A stretch of DNA of 63,957 nt, filler included, from Neolecta irregularis DAH-3 (lineage: Eukaryota), in assembly GCA_001929475.1 (NCBI GenBank). It is 8 parts of 8 records of this genome, joined end to end, with 100 filler letters (N's around TTAATTAATTAA, not from the genome) between each part and the next. Parts side by side here need not be neighbours in the genome. Positions count along the whole stretch, not along the records: positions 1 to 27,412 come from LXFE01000235.1; 7 more parts are not named here. One strand, given 5' to 3'. The notes under the pieces are model-generated. The model had not been told where the DNA came from, ran no database searches, and worked only from the letters and a program-made list of their open reading frames with translations. The position numbers and the translations under genes are program-made. Of this stretch, positions 1 through 13,084 are shown one piece after another; positions within the stretch are counted from its first letter, which is position 1; the number at the start of each line of letters is the position of its first letter.

Positions 1-437
1 AGGTCGGGCCAGAGACCGTGGATAGTGAAGCTGTCCTCGGGTCCCTCGTCCCAGAATTGAGTCTGCTTCATGACTCCTCCAGGAGAATTGATGCAACACT
101 TGTCCTTCTTCTATTAATACAAATGAATAGGAAGAGACTCTTGAGGATGAGGAATGTGGGTAACAAGACAACTGGGGTCGTTTACAGACACTGCCCCCTT
201 GCAATGGAGCAGGTGTATCCGAATTGGTAAAGAAAATCTGATGCGCATTGGGATTATTTGCAAATGCGCGGGGTAGAAATGGGGCGCCTATCGCGATAAC
301 GATGCAAAATAAATTACATGCATGATAGATTCAAGGAGTGGCGTTGATCATGCCCCAGACCTCCAACTTTCGTTACCGCAAGCAACAGAAGATACGCAGA
401 CAAGCTTAAGGGAAGCGGAGAGAGATGCACACTCCAT
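1..437 (-). CDS. Ribonuclease T2 family protein, paralog 1 (5' part; runs off the window start)
   Basis: Absent from the ORF track. Minus-strand translation gives ...[17 protein letters not shown]-(short intron)[34 protein letters not shown], which contains the RNase T2 CAS-I motif IHGLWP. The start at ATG 437 plus a phase-1 intron is tentative. Confidence 0.85.
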
Positions 438-741
438 CAAGCAAATTGTTTTGAGAAAAGATACACACAATTTGAAGAGTCTCTTGCCGAGAAGAGAGTA
501 TGGTTGTTTGGCTCCAGCTGAATATGAAAGATTCCATATATTGCTTTCTCAAAATGAGATCCATAGCGGTTATCTACCCATGGCAATGCCTATCGGCCCC
601 TGCTTTAATTCTTCCATCTTATCATATATCTTCCCACATGCTCTTAAACAAGTGACGATATCCGCTGCCTCTATTCCAAACCAGGTTTATAATGCCCTCA
701 ACTGTTCCTTCAATGTTTTACTATTACTGGGATCATTCGTC

Positions 742-1707
742 ATGGTCGTTATAAATTCACTCGGTCATCTCCTTAATGCTATGTCAACTTGTACCGGAAA
801 TTTAGAACTCTCCTGCACCAATAACGACCCAAGCGTTTGTGCTTTACAAGGCTGTTGACCTTGATCTCTAGGATACTTGTTGTGTTAATTCGCCCGGTGG
901 ATTAATGATTCAGGCCCAGATCTGGGGGACCATGAAAGATTCATGGTCAATCCACGGGCTTTGGCCCAATCTTTGCAATGGCAAGTATCAATCTTCATGT
1001 GCTGGTCGGACGCAATATAAATCGGTTGAGCAGTATATCGCAAAAGACGACGGCCTACTCTCTTTCATGAAAGAGTATTGGCCTTCTAATCAGAGTCCTG
1101 ACGACGATTTCTGGACTCATGGTATGTCTACCCTCTCTCCAGACCTAATTACTAAGTCCCCATAGAGTTCAACAAGCATGGAACTTGCGTATCCACACTC
1201 GATAATAAGTGCTTTAGAAACTATGAAGAAGGAATAGAAATCATTCCATACTTCAATCAAACAGTGTCGCTCTTTCAAATGTATAACACGTGGCATATTC
1301 TCCATGCTGCCCGTATCGTTCCATCTTCAACAAAAACATACCGTTTCAACGCCATTATAAAAGCTCTGGAAGAAGCAACTGGTCAAGCACCTGCATTGCA
1401 ATGTAAAAATGATGAACTAGAAGAAGTTTGGTATTACTTTTATGGTATATTTCCAATGATGAAAACTGTTAACGATACAGTAGTTGGTCCTGCCGCTGGT
1501 GGTGAGTATCAAATTACCAAGGCTAGGAATGCCGGCAATTGTCCGCCTGATGTAAAATATCTGCCTCACAGGTCTCCGAAGGGTAATTCTCGACTGAAGC
1601 AACCTCGTGTTTTCAAGTTCTCTTTGGATTATACCAGACCCAACAAAATGGATGATCAAGAGTACTATGAATATCTGGCGGAACAAATGGATAGAAAGTT
1701 TTACTAG
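742..1707 (+). CDS. Ribonuclease T2 family protein, paralog 2
   Basis: LSC..DTCC..SPGG, CAS-I WSIHGLWP and CAS-II FWTHE|FNKHGTC after splicing introns 835-871 and 1122-1164; also EEVWYYF. The start may lie further upstream (ATG near 580). Confidence 0.92.
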
Positions 1708-2023
1708 TTTTTTTGTGATTTCCTTTTCAAGTTTCAACTGGGATTTTGACGCTTATTTATTGCTTGTAACGTAATCGAATTGCAATATTAGATTGTCAAA
1801 ATGGATATCTGCATTACATATCAACTAGGAAGCTACTCAATGCCGGTTGCAGAGCTGTAGTATATATATCTGGTTTCAATTTTCTCCCACTCAAAGGCTC
1901 CAGTAGTGAGTCTACTACTCATGTTCTTCCATAAAAACTGTGCTGGTACGCCCTCGGACCAAGGTATTTCCATGGGCAACCCTAAAAGTAAAAGAAGCCC
2001 TTTTTATCATCAAACTTCCGGAC

Positions 2024-3469
2024 TCAGTTAAAGATAGTTTGCACAACAAGAACTCTGCCCTCTCTTCCAACACCTTGAGCTCTAGCAGTAGCGCGTCGGT
2101 CCTGACGTTCTCTTATTTCTTTCTCCTCTCTCCTCAGTTTTGCAAGCACATCTCTACAGATGACTGCTTCCAGATCTATCTCTTCTCGTTTTATGGTCTG
2201 CCACGTTTGATGTCTTGCACATTTCTTTTTTTCAAGCAAGCACATACCATCTCGATCTACAAGCCGACCTGATTCGAAAACTTGGGCAGATTCTGGAATT
2301 TCAAACCATTCATCCCAGTCAACGTCATCCCATGCCAAGCGATAATTGAAACCACATATATCTTTCTTTGATGGTTCAGATTGCCGTATTTCGTCATTTA
2401 CACGTTTGGCGTGCGTAATGCTCAGAGCCAAGTAATCACTTCGTTTTTCAATAACCTTAGTCCGAAGATAGACTTGCTCACGTTCTGCTGCGATTGTAGA
2501 TAACCGTCCGAGTTCATCAGGATAGTGATATGCATCTCCACTTTCTGAAGATTCGGGTGGCGGCGGTACAGAGTCCCCAAGACGCCTAAACTCTTCGACA
2601 GAAGAAACATTATTGACTAAGGCTGAAATTTCTGGGGGAGAGTGTGTCGATTTCCGCACTTGTAGGGCAAAGAATTCAACGCCATGTTTTTGCGTACAGT
2701 ACTTGGAAGGAAGGAATGCTGGTGACCGGCATGAAAACAGGCGACATTTACGTTTCCAGGTAGTAGATCCTCGACCGGCTTCGACACATGTTGGGCCTGT
2801 TTAAAGTCAGCATAGAATAGAAGCAGAGCATACAAAAATATCTATCAACCAAGTCCCCCTCAGATTGAGAGATGTTGATGCATGACCCGTGGAACCAGTT
2901 GTCACAATAATCACAGGCGATCATCCACCGTCCACCGTCGGGTTTTCGACAGATGCAGTAGATCTCATCGCCCGCACCATATCTCGGGGAGGAATGAACT
3001 TCATTAGTTGACTAGCCATTCAAACTTTTATCCTTTCCAGGAAATATACAGAATTGTCATCAGAGATATCAACCGATTGTCTTCGACTGGGTTTCCTCTA
3101 TCCATATGAGATTTGGGGCTGGAGATGAAGCCATACCTTATTCGGACTAGGTTTCTTCCTGTTCTCAAATGTCGACGGTGGCTTTGACAGCTCCTCAAGG
3201 GGAGGAAGTTGAGCAGCATTGCTCGGCCTACGTGAAGTCGTGTCCGAGATGGTAGCGTGTTCATCAACGTCTTGCATATCTGCATCCTGGATCTCTTGAT
3301 TTTCCAAAGGCGGCTGTGAAGTTGATTTATGGTCCATAATATTATCGACAAAGGTGGTCCCAGGTGGGAGGAGAGAATTGTTGGTTTTATATTGAACTGG
3401 TATCTGCTGACTCAAGCATGTTTTATGCTGACTGAGAGACGGGTTAAACGAAGCGTTTATGCTAGCCAT
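2024..3469 (-). CDS. SPP1: COMPASS/Set1C PHD-finger subunit Spp1 (CFP1-like)
   Basis: PHD finger DEIYCICRKPDGGRWMIACDYCDNWFHGSC at about 2970-2880, then KCRLFSC..SKYC, and C-terminal ICGFNYRL..C..KKKCARHQTW. Spliced. Confidence 0.85.
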
Positions 3470-3675
3470 GTACTATGTGCATGTTGAATTGGCGTCGTTG
3501 ATTGGTCGGCTTATCTTTGTGGCCAGTATGTATACTGAGCGTACCATATGATTACGAAACATTTGCTTCGTAGATTGAAGATATCTGCATGTACTCAAAT
3601 GTCAAGTCTATTTTCTGCCGTATGTCTCGAGACCGGGGGACCGTAAGTGTTTTTGAATCGCATCTCACCACCGAT

Positions 3676-4477
3676 ATGGCCTACCTCGAGTCCGGAATCT
3701 CGCGCAGATTCCGGTCACCAGCAATTATCTCGTTTTCCCTGTTGCTTTCGGCATTTCTATATGCTGTAGCTGCTCCTGCATTGCGGCCGCTTCTCGGCGC
3801 AATAGCTCGGCCAGCTGCAGTGGTGCCCTGGCAGATGGTAGTGTTGCTGCGGACTGCAGAAGTGTATATCATTTCGTATACAGGCCAATCGCGTAGAGAA
3901 TCCCTGTTCTTGCACAAGCTGATAGTGATCAGTCAACGAGGCCGCCCTCACAGCATTTTTGGCCCGAGTTCCCATTCTGCATCTCCTCAATGCAAGTTTC
4001 TCTATTCCCGCCTATGCCCTCGTTCTCGTCTCAGCAATCGATGTCTCCTCGATTTTCATTCCTTTCTGGTTGATCAGACATGTCCGCTCCCAGTGTCCTC
4101 CGCAGGATAAAGTATTCAGTGGGCTCTACACCGCCTTATCTGCGACTATCCTGAGCATCGCTATTTACGTCGGCAGCAAAACTTGGTATCCACATTTGGT
4201 TCTCACCCATTTCGACGGAATTCGCTCAGTCGTCCCAATTCCTTTGCCCCTGCTCGTCGTAGGTTTACTCCCCGCTGGCTGGGCCTTGCAAGAAATTTTC
4301 ACTATTCGTGGATCAAAAGGTCTTGCAAGTTTACTGGCTCAAATGATTGTCGTTGCCACTGGCAACATCTGGTTATCGGTTCGAGGTGCTGATCTAGCGG
4401 GCGTAATCGGGATTAGTGGTGCCTGGGCGATGCAGATTCTCATTACCGCCGCGATTTTGAAATGGGTGGGAGTATAG
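3676..4477 (+). CDS. Conserved fungal multi-pass membrane protein of unknown function
   Basis: Two overlapping hydrophobic ORFs joined by a short intron; several TM-like segments; motif WYPHLVLTHFDGI. Confidence 0.6.
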
Positions 4478-4755
4478 TAGTGATGGAAATTAAAACATGT
4501 ATTTACAAAATGACCAACGGCATAAATATGATCTATCCGCCTGAAGGTTCATTCATCGTGCGATAAACCTATACTCATTAATACGAGCGCAACACAAGCC
4601 TTGTTACTTGTGGGGAATTCTCATCTAACATTCACCAACTGCGTTGCCATTCATTGTGATATAGAAGATGCCATGAATGTATGTATGGCCGTGATCAATT
4701 ATTTAAGGCTATTAGCAAAGGACAACCAATCCCCAGGTCCAAGACAATTATTGAA

Positions 4756-6911
4756 TCACGCCGCCTGGCCTGCAAGAAGATACCTATCGCACGCCTGACC
4801 CTTTAGCCTATATCTTGACGGGTTCATACTTCTCTCAAAATATTCAGGTTTCTGGAAACCTTTGCGAATACTTCCCTATATCGCTCCAATTCTTCACGGA
4901 CTACGCCATCTCTTGTCCTTCTGCCTTCACAGATGTCCTTCATCTTAGTTTCCATCTGTATAACTCAGAGCATTCTGCGCAAGGGAGGCATACGTCTTTT
5001 CGAAGAAACGGTTTCCCCAAACTTTGTTCAAAGTTCATTTGATCATAACCTTCAATCAACGCAGCTCCAAGAGTACTTGGTCTCAATTCCATGACTCCAT
5101 TTTGTCGAGGCTGTTTAAAGATATACTTTCGATCTTCAATCTTGGCAATATGATCAGCCATTGTGGCATCGGTTCCAATTCCGTTAGCATCCATCATTGC
5201 AATGAGATCAGGTTCAGTAAGATATGTCGGCGCATTCGTCTTTCCTTCGACCATCTCCGCGACTGTTGGGACAAATATTTCGCCTTGCATGAACGGTGGT
5301 AGTTCTTCGGAACTTTCCCACTTTTCGTAGTTATAAACTTCGAGGTAGTTCTTCTGTAGAACAACAAGTCCTTGGGCTGTGAACCGCTCCCCGAACCAGT
5401 CTATCTCGACCGTTGTTCTATTGCCCTTGGCATCATCCCAGCAACATGCTATGAATCGCCTTGCAATGAATGTATAAACTTTATACATGTCACTGGAGAT
5501 ACCAGCGCCGCTAGGGGCTAAGTGTGCAATTGGATGAATAGGCGGATGGGCCTTATCGTTGTTTCTACCCCTCCGAGGAGACTTAAACTCACCTTCGAGA
5601 AGGCTTTCATTAGTAAATACTGTGAATGAGGATAACGTACCGTTGGGCATATTGGCCCCATTCCTGATTTTCAGTCTGCTTTCCTAAAAGAGCCTGAAGA
5701 TTGATCTCTTTATCAAATTGGTCGGTTTCAGTACGGGGGTAACTGATGAAGCCTTTCTGATATAGCTTCTCTGCATGCTAAGTGTTTTCAGGAATAATAT
5801 AGGAACGAGTTATCCTACATCCATTATGATCTTTGAAGAAAGACGGAGGAACCGACTCCCTTGTTTCTGTAATTCAACGGTTGTCAATGGTAACGGCTTC
5901 CTAGTATTCAGAAAAGCTCACAATGTGGGACTTGCCATTTACTCGCTGGCTTCTTAATTACACTTGCAACCCTTGCTGGGCCAGATTCGAGACAGCGTTC
6001 GTACAAAATCATCACAATTAGTCGATCGAACAAATGATTGCGTTTCCAGGAGAAGTTTACATTCATGTTTTCTCGTCGATAGACGACTTTAATCAACCAG
6101 AATGTTTCTGGAACGAATTTCTTGACGCGAAGCCAACGATCTACAACGAAACCGAGAGTAGGAAATTGGCAGGAGCCTGAGTGGTTATTTGTCTTACTTG
6201 AGCCTCTATATACCATAGCTGATTAATTCCCTCGCCAGTTCTGCATATCGTGATTGTAATTCTAAGGTTTGGAATCTCGTGAATGCGGATCCAATTCTAA
6301 GATCCAGCTCGATCCTGGCATCAACAGCAGCAGCCTGCTTTTCGTCTATTCGCACCAGGTTTCCCGCGGCTTGAATAATGTGCCTAGGACTGTGAGCGAA
6401 GCAATAAAACAAAGCATACTGTGCCTCGACATTGCTGAAACGAGCACGTAGAACATCAATTCTTGGGTTCGCTTCTTTTGCAGCGTTTGCAATCTCAGTG
6501 CCGATATGTTCTCCTTCCCGGTCGCAATCGGTCCAGATAATCAAGTACTGACTTCTTCTAGACTGAGTCTTTATGTTTTTTTCAATGGCTTTATTTGACT
6601 TTCATTTAATAGAAACGCAAACGGGCGCTTACTTCGGGTGTTTTTTTCACGATCGCCGCTTCAAAAAGATCAATTGGCCGACAACTTCTCCAATTTGAGA
6701 AATTTGAATCAAAGTCGAGACTCGTTAGATGACCTGCGACTGAACTAACGACGACCGAAGATTCCCCGAGTTCTCTGAATCTAAACTCTGTTTCATAGTT
6801 CTTGATGAATCTATTTGTAGTGTTGCTGGTTTGGAAACGGCCTCCTCCCAGAGCTGAAGCGACGGCTTTTGCTACAGAGGGTTTCTCAGCAACACAAAAG
6901 ACGCGGGGCAT
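4756..6911 (-). CDS. TOP3: DNA topoisomerase III (type IA)
   Basis: Toprim motifs VAEKPSVAK and WTDCDREGE, GSCQFPTLGF, active-site GFISYPRTET, DKAHPPIHP and GIGTDAT. Multiple introns. Confidence 0.97.
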
Positions 6912-7097
6912 TAATCTGCTGTACTTTGTATTTCAAATCCTTAGTCAGCTGAGATTGAAACTCAATCAGAAGGTCAGGCTTGATTAATACGGGGTAACCT
7001 TGTACATGTCGGTATTTGATTGGTATTAATCTTTGACCTTTGAACGGTGGGTGTTCCACACTCGTACCCCCTAACCAAAGCACTTATTGTCTGTCGA

Positions 7098-8364
7098 ATG
7101 TTTCCACATCTTCCTCTAATTTCGAGTATGTCTATGGAAACATTTACATAACTTGATAGAAAAGCCCAAACCTGTGCCACATCTTGGGAGGTTTCCGTGC
7201 AGCCATTTTTACACCAGCTTCTTCGAATACGAAGTCTTCTACATAATGCGTCTTCTTTCCACGACTTCTACCGCTCTACAAATCCTCTGGTTGTATCAAT
7301 AGTCTTCGCATTTGCTATATCTGCCCTTGTTTATGTAGTATCAGAGATTACAGGAAACGTATCCCAGGTCGATCGACTGTGGTCAATCATCCCGGTGTTT
7401 TATTCTTTGCATTTCCTCTTGTACGGGTGGGTTCATGGCCTTGCTTCGCCACGGCTGTTTATATTTGCTGGATTTTCGATCTTGTGGGGAATACGACTAA
7501 CATTCAATTATGCTCGAAAGGGCGGATATGAGCGGTATGCATTATTCTATTAATGAATGAAGCTGATTGCCGTGTAGAGGCTCTGAAGATTATAGGTGGT
7601 ATCCTTAGATTTTTGGCTTACGAATTCATCATAAGGGTGACAGTGCGGACTTGGATGTCTCCATTGCTCTTCCACTTCTTCAATATCTTCGTTATTGCAT
7701 TATTTCAGAACATCCTACTCTTGTCGATTACAACTCCTGCTTATATCGTCCTACTCATTGCAAACGATACCCCACTATACTGGGCAGATGTGCTAGCTGT
7801 TCAAGTGATTGTCACTTCACTTGGAACTGAAGCTGTAGCTGATGAGCAACAATGGTGTATGTAAATTTCGAGTCAGTTCACTCAGTAGAAGTATACCAGC
7901 AAGCCAAAATCTACGGTGACGCTATAAAACAATATACCCCTGAATCACTGGAGCGGGGTTTCCTTGCAGAAGGTATATGGGCGTTCTCAAGACATCCAAA
8001 TTATCTCGCGGAACAGGGAGTTTGGTTTGGGTTTTATTTGATGGGGCAGGTCTCAAATATAGAACTACCTTGCTAAAACACAGATGTGCCGCGAGCAGGC
8101 AGCTATTAAACTGGACTATTATTGGCTGGATTTCATACGTTGCACTTTTCCAGGTCTTATCATTCACTGCTCTGTAGGATCTGATAAACAGGGTTCTACA
8201 TATCTCACGGAGAAACTGAGTTCCAAGAAGTATCCTTTATACAAGCAATATCAGATAAAAGTACTATGGTCTTGATAATCCACTCATTTTATAAGGTTAG
8301 CAAATTTTTACCAGTGCCCCAAAGACCTTGGTCCCTTAAGTCTTTGGAGTTGAAAATGAAGTAA
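7098..8364 (+). CDS. DUF1295 / steroid 5-alpha-reductase-like membrane protein
   Basis: SQVDRLWSIIP, WGIRLTFNYARKGGY, ADEQQW, GIWAFSRHPNY, STYLTEKLSSKKYPLY. Spliced. Confidence 0.9.
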
Positions 8365-8466
8365 AATTTGAACACCATAGACCTTCTATAATGCATGTTA
8401 ATGTAGGTAACTTGACGTACAAAAAAAGAACAAGAGGGACAGGGATATTATCAAAAATGCATGCGT

Positions 8467-10941
8467 TTAGGCAACAACCTCATCATTGCCTTTGTCGGAA
8501 GGTAGTGGCGGTGGGACGATGGGTTTTTCATCCTTTCTATCAAGATATTTTGCCACGGCTGAATTCCTGTCTGGCCAAGGACGTTTCCCTAGAATCCTGA
8601 TTAGATCGTCTCGGTTTAACACTTCCTTCTGTAGAAGGGTTTCGGCGACAAGGCCAATTTCCTTCTTCTTTTCCGTGAGAAGCTCCTTACAACGAGCGTA
8701 ACATGAACTTACAATCTTGCCAATTTCCTCGTCTATTGGAATTAAATCTTAATCTAGAATAACAAGGTACCGATAATCTGACCTGTCCGTTCTGAGAACG
8801 GTTTCTGGAATTGTTGATCTTGCGACTCATCGAAGTTTAGCATCCCAAGTGACTCGGACATCCCGAATCTCGTGACCATTGCTCGAGCAAGTTTAGTTAC
8901 CTAAAAATCAACGAGGAACACGCTGACGAATAAGAACCTTTTGAAAGTCGTCGCTACCACCAGTGGTTACACTATCGAAATGCAATTCTTCAGAGCATCG
9001 TCCAGCGAGTGTCTATCTATGAGTATTGTAAAACGTAGAGAGAATGATACCATAGTCATCCGATCCAAGAGTTGCTCTCTGGTTAAGAGATATGCATCGG
9101 AGGGCAGATATTGCGCGTAACCAAGAGCACCTTGTCCACGAGGAATGATTGAAGCTTTCAGAAGAGGATCAGACCACTTCAAGAACCATCCAGCAATTGC
9201 ATGTCCAGCCTCGTGATATGCAACAATCTTCTTTTCTTCGGGACTGAGAACTCGACTTTTCTTTTCCATACCGGCAATTACTCGCTCAATTGCCATCTCA
9301 AAATGAATCAAGTCCACTTGATCAGCACTTTTTCGAGCGGCGATGAGAGCAGCTTCATTACAGCAGGATGCAATATCTAAAGTTGAATAAACATGCATTG
9401 AAGAATGTCAAACCGGCTCCCGAGAACCCCGGGGTCAAAGCAGCTAATCGGCCGGAAAGATAAGCGATATCTTCGTCGGTCTTGATTTTCTTTAGATGTA
9501 CTCTGAAAATTGCCCTTCGTCCTTCAACATCTGGCTTGTCGATAATAATGTGTCGATCAAACCTTCCGGGACGCATAAGGGCAGGATCGAGAACATCTGG
9601 TCGATTGGTACCCGCGAGCACAACGACATGTTCGCTAGTCTGGAAGCCATCCATCTCGACAAGGAGCTGATTTAGAGTACTCTCTCGTTCATCATTTCCT
9701 CCCATCATTCCTTTCCCTCGAGTTTTTCCGATTGCATCAATTTCATCAATAAAGACGATACAGGGTGCGTGCTTCCGGCCATTTTTAAACAGATCGCGAA
9801 CACGGGAAGGCCCTACCCCGACAAACATTTCAACAAATTCAGCTCCAGACACACTCAAGAAAGGAACCCCAGCTTCGCCCGCGGTCGCCTTTGCTATTAA
9901 AGTCTTTCCAGTGCCTGGAGGTCCCGAAAGAATAGCACCACGCGGAATCCGAGCACCGAGTTTTTCGTATTTCGCAGGGTTCTTGAGAAACTTGACAAAC
10001 TCCATGATCTCTTCTTTGGCTTCGTCGGCACCTGCGACATCTTGGAATGTGACCTTGACATCGGTTTCTTTGTTGAACATCTTCGCGCGAGATTTGCCGA
10101 TACCGAAAAGACCTCCGGACCCACCAGCCGCGCTCCCCACTGCTCGCTTCGAGAGCCAAAAAAAAGACCCAATAAGCAGAAGAGTAGGGAGAAATGATAA
10201 TAAAGTTCCTTGTAGTGATCCTTCGTCCTTGTAAGCCACAGGTATTCGTTCCGAGGAAGGAATTCCAAGTTGAAGTTGAGCTTCATCCAACTTTCGTTCC
10301 AGGCTTTCGACTGAACCGATTGTGAAGTGAATGCCCGAATTTGTATGTCCTCCAGGGTACAGCTGATTCACGGCTTTGTTATTGAGATATACCCGAACTC
10401 TGCTCCTGTTGACAACTTCCAATCGTTCTACCAGACCTTTGTCCAAAAATGCCGAGCGAAATTCCTGCCATGTGATTTCCTTGCTTGCTGGCTCCGAGAA
10501 CAAAAATTGATACGCAAAATATGCACCGACTCCCCAAAAGATAGCATTCGGCCATTCGGGTTTGAGGTTGATTTCAAAGATCTTGGGGGGATCTGGAAAA
10601 GGATTCTTTTTTGATGACGAATCAGATGTTTTTTGGCTTGAGGATGAATTTCCTGGCTTCTGATCTTCACTACTTTCCTTCTTTGCCTGCTCAGCACTTG
10701 CTTCTAGTTGTCTCTTTATACTTTCTTTATGCTGTTTTGTTCCAGGAAAGAAATTCTCGAAGCCTTTAGGAACATTGACATCAGAATCCTCTTTTTTACT
10801 CTGCTCAGATTCGTCTTTTTTGGCAGAAGGGGAATCCTTTCCATTCGAGGTGTAGGGACGTAGTGTCGTGATGAGTGAGTGGCGGAATCGCAACGCTCTT
10901 GCTGCTAACACGTGTGGACTAGTTGCATATGCTCGAATCAT
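8467..10941 (-). CDS. YTA12: Mitochondrial m-AAA (FtsH-type) protease subunit Yta12/Afg3
   Basis: EITWQEF, Walker A GPPGTGKT, Walker B IDEIDA, SRH RPGRFDR and the M41 zinc motif HEAGH; mitochondrial-type N-terminus. Confidence 0.95.
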
Positions 10942-11087
10942 TCGACCTGAGCTGGAATGGGTAAGTTAAAATGAAAGGCAAAAGAGATTACTCGAAGCAG
11001 AAGGATGTAATTTGGGAGTGAAGTTGCCTGACTAATTTTCTGGGAGTCATTTCTGACCACATCTGAATAGTTAAACTCAACCTTCGC

Positions 11088-11309
11088 ATGCCTTCCATCA
11101 AAAAACGAATTCGCCAACAACTACTGAAGAGGAAGGACCCGATGTGGGAGTTTGCCGAAAAAAACTCTGGACATTCCGAAGGACTTGTACGAGCTCGGGC
11201 ACAATTATCAGAACTGGTTGAACGTGAAAAAGTGCTACAGGAGGAACTGCAAATTCTCCGAACCCGCAAAGACGAGGTTTTCGACAGATGGAAGAAAATC
11301 GTTGCATAG
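11088..11309 (+). CDS. Putative small coiled-coil protein (73 aa)
   Basis: ATG-initiated ORF that fills the gap between the YTA12 start and the TAD1 end; heptad-like L/E/K/R pattern. No family recognised. Confidence 0.4.
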   Translation: MPSIKKRIRQQLLKRKDPMWEFAEKNSGHSEGLVRARAQLSELVEREKVLQEELQILRTRKDEVFDRWKKIVA

Positions 11310-11326
11310 TCAAAAAGAAAATCACT

Positions 11327-12567
11327 TCATAGCGAAAAATCATCGTCTGTTCCATTTCGCATCCAGATACCTAGACATTTCCTAGTTACCTCTTTTACTT
11401 CTTGCCGATCTCCGTTCTTCATATCTCGGTATTCTTTTACATCTAATGGAAGGATCGAATGGACATTGGCCCAAAGCCTTCTTCTGCAGAGAGAACTAGG
11501 GTTTGGGCTATTGCGGCCAGATCCCCGTTTCACGCCGTTTATCAGCACTTCTGTCTCTAATCCTTTCAACCAGACTATTGAAATATTTGTCGGTCGTGTA
11601 TTCGGTTTCTTTGAAAACTGAAACGATAACCTTGTTGACATTGTATCAAATCGTACAAATCTATAGACGCCGGGGAAAGTCGAAGCCTGCAAACTTATCA
11701 TCCTATCATTGAAACACCTTTGAAATGACCGGGGAATGTATTCAGACTCGGGGATAACTAAACTAGCGAGATATGCGTTTTCCGGGCTGACTAAATATGC
11801 TGTTGGTGCGAGTATTAGCGATAGCGTCTGTCTATGAGCCAGTTTGTCACTTCATATCTCAGTTTTGTTTTAGTCAGATAAATTACCCGCAAGACTTCGA
11901 CAATGACAACTCACTATCGGCTCTTCCTATATCGCATCAGATAGCCAAAATTCTGAAACGCACCTGGCTTGGTACGAACTACGCCCAATTCAGTAAAGTA
12001 CCCACGACCTCGAAGGATTGAATCCGTCGAATTTTCGATGGGCCATGGGGTCGGATCCGCCTGCTGTGAAACAATGTATTCCAAACTGCAATCTCCGCAA
12101 GGGGCTGCAGATACATATAGGTGAATCGACAAACTATCGCGTATTGTGTAGGGCTGCCCGGGCCCAATATGGTTTTTACGAACAAACTTTGAGACCCCTT
12201 GATCGCTGCCTTGCAGTTTTCTACATTCTTCAATCAAGAACTGATTGAACGCCCTGATGGCCAAAATCTCTGCGTGACAGTCGTGCAGCACTTGTCCGTC
12301 TCTAAACTGTGATTGTGGAATGCACTTTAACCCAGTAGCAAGCGCAATACATTCGATCTCATGACTTGCACTAGCAAAACATATCCCTGCAAGAATGGTC
12401 CATTCTTGAACACCATTACTTCGCATAATCGGCTTCCCTTTGTTTTTCGGGATATTTGTGAACTCGGAGAGTACTCTTGAAGCGATCACATCCGGAAAGT
12501 TTGCGATTGATATGCTAACGGGGCAATTACCGTGGTCGTCCACCGGCGTACAAGTTTGGGTTTCCAT
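11327..12567 (-). CDS. TAD1: tRNA-specific adenosine deaminase 1 (ADAT1)
   Basis: IALATGLKC, LHDCHAEILA, APCGDCS, VRTKPG, SKSC|SDKL and INGVKRG; no dsRBD seen. Confidence 0.92.
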
Positions 12568-13084
12568 CAGGTCGTCGCCTACGCCGGGAAGTCGTTACGA
12601 ATGAAAAATGAAGCTGGAGCTAAATGCTACTATGCGTCGCTGTGCTTAACTTTTTGTGAAGATTGTTGGTGGATCAATAGTTGCGACAATCAGGTCAGCC
12701 ACGCATCACGATCGTCGAGTCGCGCTATATACTTGACCGGGAGTACTTGGCATTAGCAAATCATCAGGACCTTACCTCTGGCTATCCTCTTTCTCCCTCC
12801 GCTTCTGACTTGCATCAACTTGATGGTCGTCGCAACTTTTCTGGATTATAAATGGGTTTCGCCAAAACTCGCCACCTTGTTGCAGCCGGAACCCATTTTC
12901 TTGTTCTAGGAGATGATTAAACAGCCGACCCCTCTGGCGTGTGGGGAAATACCGGCGCCTGAGATTAGCGCTCCTAGGGGTGCTGATGCACAAGCACTTA
13001 AAGCCTCGACGATCCCGCCCCCTATCGCTCTCTCGCCAGTCCTTCCTTTCCCGCCTTCCTTACTAGAACCCCGGAGTCGTCACT

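Noticed and set aside
18-858. ORFs 18-230 and 322-858 as independent genes
   Set aside because: The first is antisense to the minus-strand RNase T2; the second is mostly the upstream extension of exon 1 of the + strand RNase T2.
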